The notes below the pieces were generated by a model. It was not told the origin of the DNA and ran no database searches. It saw nothing but the letters and a program-made list of their open reading frames with translations. A program made the position numbers and the translations under genes. A DNA stretch of 64,000 nucleotides from Eledone cirrhosa (taxonomy: Eukaryota), in contig OZ024741.1 of the NCBI GenBank assembly GCA_964016885.1, positions 34,410,001 through 34,474,000 of the forward strand. The letters run 5' to 3'. Positions 58,282-64,000 of the stretch are shown here, piece after piece (within the stretch, counting starts at the first letter, position 1; each line of letters starts with the position of its first letter).

Positions 58282-58378
58282 GAAGCTGATCTTACCCAAT
58301 TGCACCTCTCAAGGGCAATGACAAACGACCATGACCTCTGGCGTCACGCAGTAATACAGAAGACCCGACTTTCCACAG
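58282..58378 (+). mobile_element. Short RTE 3' coding fragment
   Basis: aagctgatcttacccaattgcacctctcaagggcaatgac...agaagacccgactttccacag matches 49669-49762. Confidence 0.8.
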
Positions 58379-58904
58379 GAACATATAGACAATATTTGTT
58401 TTCCTTTGTTTTTTTATGTCCTATCAACTAATCTGACCTCCAAAATGCTTGCAATTGACTATTTTTTTTAGCATATTAACAACAAATATGATTTCCACTG
58501 CAATTAAAAATGACTAGCTTTGTGAATGGTTTTTCCGCCCACTTTCCGCCTTCATTTTTCTACAAAGCTAGTCATTTACGATAGGTTTCAAAGTCATATT
58601 CATTCATAATATGTGAAAAAAATAGTCAACTGCGAGCATCTTGTGTGATAGGACCTCCCCAAAAAAAGGAAAAAAACTTTTCAAACAGAAATCCCGGTGT
58701 TCTATAAATTCTCGGGGTGTGGTATAATCTGGTTTGATGTAATGTAGGTTAGTGTGGTGTGCTGAGTCATTGTGTTGTGTGGTATAGTATGATTCTCTCT
58801 AACTTAAAATCTTTAAAATGTAATGCCTATCCTCTCTAACTTAAAAAGTGACCTCAAAGATGCTTATAGTCAACTTTTTTCCTGGATTAGTGTTAGATAT
58901 ATAA

Positions 58905-59096
58905 ATAGCAAGGCAGGTAAATAAATACTTAGCTTGGTAGGTAGATAAGTAACTAGCTAAATAGAGGGAGATAGATAGATAGATAGATAGACTGATGCAC
59001 ACATAGCTAGATAGATTGATAGAGAGATAGATACATAGATATATAGACAGTAATATGTATATAGGTATATAATTGGGTAGGTAGGTAGATAGACAG
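58905..59096. repeat. Degenerate (GATA/GGTA)n tetranucleotide tract
   Basis: Direct inspection. Confidence 0.85.
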
Positions 59097-62000
59097 AAAA
59101 ATTTAAGCTGGAAAATTTGTTTTACTTTGTTTTTCATGTGCTTTCAACTTATCTGACCTCCAAGATGCACACAATCAACTATTCTTTTTGCAAGTTATCA
59201 ACGAATATGACTTCCACTGCAATCAAAAATGACTAGCTTCGTGAATGGTCTTTCCGCCCTCTTTTTTCTAGAAAGCTAGTTATTTACGACAGGTTTCAAA
59301 GTCATATTCATTGATATGTGCAAAAAATAGTCAATTGGAAGCACCTTTAATGTCAGTAAAATTATTATCAGAAAAAATAAAAAGCAGGTAGCCAATATGT
59401 CACACACAAAAAAAAGACAGCAAGAAAATTTTTCACACCGAGATAAATAGCTTGGTGCGATGTAGTATGGTGTAACTTGGTATGGTGTAGTGTGGTTTGG
59501 TTTGGTGAAGTTATGAAATGGAAACCAAAATGAATAGCTTTGTAAATGGTATTTCCACCCACATCCTCCCTCTTTTTTCTCATTTTCGTGAGGTTTCCAT
59601 GTCATAACCATTGATAATATGTGCAAAAAATAGTAATTTGCGAGCACCATTTATGTCAAATTGGGTGGTAAGCATAAAAAAAAAAGGCCTAAAAGAAAGT
59701 TTGTCATACCATGATGTAGTATGGTGTGGTTTGGTGAAGTTTCTACAAAGATAGTCATTTTCGACAGGTTTCCATGTCATAATGATTGATAATATGTGAA
59801 AAAAAATAGTCAATTGGGAGCACTTTTAATGTCAGATTGGGTGGTAAGCACACACACAAATAAAAAAAAAGGAAACGGGAAGAACATTTTTCAGACCAAG
59901 ATCAATACCTTGGTGTGATTTAGTATGGTGTGGTTTGGTTTGGTGAAGTTATGAAATGGAAACCAATTGTAAACGATAGGTTCCCATGTCATATTCACTG
60001 GTAATGTGTGGGAAAATAGTCATTTGCAAGCACCTTTGATGTTAGTTTGGGTGGTTACCACAAAAAAAAAAGCAGGTAGCAAATTTGTCACATTGATGTC
60101 CATACTATTGTGTGATGTAAATGGTAGTAGTAGGTGTTCTGTAATAAATTTACCATATGGTGAAGTATGGTGTAGTTTGATATGGTGCGGTTTGGGGTAG
60201 ATTAATGTGATGTGGTGTGCTTTGTTATAAGTAAGGATTTAAATTTTCACTTTGATTTATGTTAGAAAAAAATTTTTTCCTTCATTTTTGCATGTGCTAT
60301 CAACTTATACAACTGCTAAGATGCTCGCAGTGGACTATGCTTTTAGCATATTAACAAAAAATATGACTTCCGTTGCAATAAAAAAATGACTAGCTTCGTA
60401 AATGGTATTTCCACCCACATCCTCCCTCTTTTTTCTACAAAGATAGTCATTTTCGACAGGTTTCCATGTCATAATGATTGATAATATGTGAAAAAAAATA
60501 GTCAATTGGGAGCAACTATGTCAGATTGGGTGGCAAGCACACACACAAATAAAAAAAAAAGGAAACGGGAAGAAACTTTTTCTGACCAAGAACAATACCT
60601 TGGTATGATTTAGTATGGTATAACTTGGTATGGTGTGGTTTGGTTCGGTTTGATGAAGTTATGAAATGGAAACCAATTGTACACAATAGGTTCCCATGTC
60701 ATATTCACTGATACTGTGTGGGAAAATAGTCATTTGCAAGCACCTTTGATGTTAGTTTGGGTGGTAACCACAAAAAAAAAGCAGGTAGCAAATTTGTCAC
60801 ATTGATGTCCATACCATGGTGTCATGTAAATGGTAGGAGTAGGTGCTCTGTAATAAATTTACCATAATATGGTGAAGTATGGCTATGGTGAAGTATGGTG
60901 TAGTTTGATATGGTGTGGATTGGGGTAGATTAATGTGGTGTGGTGTGCTTTGTTATAAGTAAGGATTTAAATTTCCATTTTGATTTATGTTAGACAAAAA
61001 ATGTTTCCTTCATTTTTGCATGTGCTATCAACTATTACAACTTCCAAGATGCTCGCAGTGGACTATGCTTTCAGTATATTAACAAAAAATATGACTTCCG
61101 ACACAATAAAAAATGACTAGCTTTGTAAATGGTATTTCCACCCACATACTCCCTCATTTTTCTACAAAGCTAGTCATTTTAGTCGGGTTTCCATGTCATA
61201 ACCATTGATAATATGTACAAAAAATAGTAATTTCCGAGCACCTTTTATATCAAATTGGGTGGTAAGCACTAAAAAAAAAAGGCCAGGAGAAAGTTTGTCA
61301 CACCAAGATCAATAGCTTGGTGTGATGTAGTATGGTGTGGTTTGGTGAAGTTTCTACAAAGATAGTCATTTTCGACAAGTTTCCATGTCATAATGATTGA
61401 TAATATGTGGAAAAAAAAAGTAAATTGGGAGCACCTTTGTCAGATTGGGTGGTAAGCACACACAAATAAAAAAAAGGAAACAGGAAAAAATTTTTCAGAT
61501 CAAGATCAATACCTTGGTGTGATTTAGTATGGTATAACTTGGTATGGTGTGGTTTGGTTTGGTTTGGTTAAGTTATGAAATGGAAACCAATTGTACACGA
61601 TAGGTTCCTATGTCATATTCACTGATAATGTGTGGTAAAATAGTCATTTGCAAGCACCTTTGATGTTAGTTTGGGTGGTAACCACAAACAAAAAAAAAGC
61701 AGGTAGCAAACTTGTCACATTGATGTCCATACCATGGTGTCATGTAAATGGTAGGAGTAGGTGTTCCGTAATAAATGTACCATAATATGGTGAAGTATGG
61801 TTATGGTGAAGTACGGTGTAGTTTGATATGATGTGGATTGAGGTACATTAATGTGGTGTGGTGTGCTTTGTTATAAGTAAGGATTTAAATTTCCACTTTG
61901 ATTTGTGTTACAAACAAATTTTTTCCTTCATTTTTGCATGTGCTATCAACTATTACAACTTCCAAGATGCTCGCAGTGGACTATGCTTTTAGTATATTAA

Positions 62001-62313
62001 AAAAAAATATGACTCCCGCTGCAATAAAAAATGATTAGCTTTGTAAATGGTATTTCCACCCACATACTCCCTCTTTTTTCTACAAAGCTAGCCATTTTCG
62101 TCGGGTTTCCATGTCATAACCATTGATAATATGTGCAAAAAATATTAATTTGCGAGCACCATTTATATCAAATTGGGTGGTAAGCACTAAAAAAAAAAAG
62201 GCCAGGAGAAAGTTTGTCACACCAAGATCAATAGCTTGGAGTGATGTAGTATGGTGTGGTTTGGTGAAGTTTCTACAAAGATAGTCATTTTCGACAAGTT
62301 TCCATGTCATAAT

Positions 62314-62399
62314 TGTTTCTACGTTAGGCACAAGGCCAGCAATTACCCAGTGTATTACTGGTACTTTATTTTATCGACCCCGTAAGGATGAAAGGCAAA
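62314..62399 (-). mobile_element. 5'-truncated SINE family A inserted in one higher-order repeat unit, 8-bp TSD
   Basis: gtcataat at 62306-62313 and 62400-62407; neighbouring units show the empty site ttccatgtcataatgattg. Confidence 0.92.
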
Positions 62400-64000
62400 G
62401 TCATAATGATTGATAATATGTGTAAAAAAAAATAGTCAATTGGGAGCACATTTAATGTCAGATTGGGTGGTAAGCACACACACAAATAAAAAAAAAAGGA
62501 AACGGGAAGAAAATTGTTCACAGCAAGATCAATACCTTGGTGTGATTTAGTATGGTGTAACTTGGTATGGTGTGGTTTGGTTTGGTGAAGTTATGAAATG
62601 GAAACCAATTGTAAACGATAGGTTCCCATGTCATATTCACTGGTAATGTGTGGGAAAATAGTCATTTGCAAGCACCTTTGATGTTAGTTTGGGTGGTTAC
62701 CACAAAAAAAAGCAGGAAGCAAATTTGTCACGTTGATGTCCATATTATTGTGTGATGTAAATGGTAGAAGTAGGTGTTCTGTAATAAATTTACCATATGG
62801 TGAAGTATGGTGTAGTTTGATATGGTGAGGTTAGGGGTAGATTAATGTGATGTGGTGTGCTTTGTTATAAGTAAGGATTTAAATTTCCACTTTGATTTAT
62901 GTTAGACAAAAGATGTTTCCTTCATTTTTGCATGTGCTATCAACTTCCAAGATGCTCTCAGTTGACTATGCTTTTAGCATATTAACAAAAAATATGACTT
63001 CCGCTGCAATAAAAAATGACAAGCTTTGTAAATGGTATTTCCACCCACATCCTCCCTTATTTTTTCTACAAAGCTAGTCATTTTCGTCGGGTTTCCATGT
63101 CATAATGATTGATAATATGTGCAAAAAATAGTAATTTGCGAGCACCTTTTATATCAAATTGGGTGGTAAGGACTAAAAAAAAAAAAAGGCCAGGAGAAAG
63201 TTTGTCACACCAAGATAAATAGCTTGGTGTGTTGTAGTATGGTGTGGTTTGGTGAAGTTTCTACAAAGATAGTCATTTTCGACAGGTTTCCATGTCATAA
63301 TGATTGATAATATGTGAAATAAAATAGTCAATTGGGAGTACCTTTAATGTCAGATTGGGTGGTAAGCACACACAAAAATAAAAAAAAGGAAACGGGAAGA
63401 AAATTCTTCAGACCAAGATCAATACCGTGGTGTGATTTAGTATGGTATAACTTGGTATGGTGTGGTTTGGTTTGGTTTGGTTTGTTTGGTTTGGTGAAGT
63501 TATGAAATGGAAACCAATTGTACACGATAGGTTCCCATGTCATATTCACTGATAATGTGTGGGAAAATAGTCATTTGCAAGCACCTTTGATGTTAGTTTG
63601 GGTGGTAACCACAAAAAAAAAGCTGGTAGTAAATTTGTCGCATTGATGTCCATACCATGGTGTCATGTAAATGGTAGGAGTAGGTGTTCTGTAATAAATT
63701 TACCATAATATGGTGAAGTATGGTGTAGTTTGATATGGTGTGGATTGGGGTAGATTAATGTGGTGTGGTATGCTTTGTTATAAGTAAGGATTTAAATTTC
63801 CGCTTTGATTTGTGTTAGAAAAAAATGTTTTCTTCATTTTTGCATGTGATTTCTACTATTACAACTTCCAAGATGCTTGCAGTGGACTATGCTTTTAGTA
63901 TATTAACAAAAAATATGACTTCCGCCGCAATAAAAAATGACTAGCTTTGTAAATGGTATTTCCACCCACATACTCCCTCTTTTTTTAACAAAGCTAGTCA

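Larger units (their letters stand above)
58390..64000. repeat. Complex higher-order tandem repeat (~920-bp period) built on a ~200-bp foldback plus GT-rich pentamer spacers; runs off the window
   Basis: Landmark aaaatgactagctttgtaaatggtatttccacccaca near 59526, 60385, 61110, 62028, 63013 and 63934. Confidence 0.92.

Overview
This is repeat-dominated, AT-rich animal genomic DNA; the SINE families and microsatellite density suggest an octopod cephalopod (inference). No intact host gene, rRNA, tRNA gene or CRISPR array can be supported. A ~24 kb, 34-bp GT-rich satellite (about 4200-28457, with a 200-N gap) fills the left part, and nearly all ORF-track entries there are repeat artefacts. The rest is a transposable-element graveyard: two tRNA-derived SINE families (Meta-core-like and CORE-like, several with exact TSDs), a decayed Dong/R4-clade LINE, an internally deleted Chapaev3-type DNA transposon with TIRs, RTE and CR1/L2 LINE fragments, a probable Helitron 3' end, minisatellites (14, 43, 50 and ~76 bp) and a ~920-bp foldback-based higher-order repeat at the right end. 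The most interesting signals lie at 40-58 kb: several type I hammerhead ribozyme motifs from Penelope-like elements and five long, near-perfect palindromes. One ~371-nt mini-Penelope unit is bounded by two hammerheads (retrozyme/circRNA-like), and one ~340-bp palindrome carries a canonical hammerhead in each arm. All alignments and folds were done by eye; unless stated as exact, coordinates are approximate.
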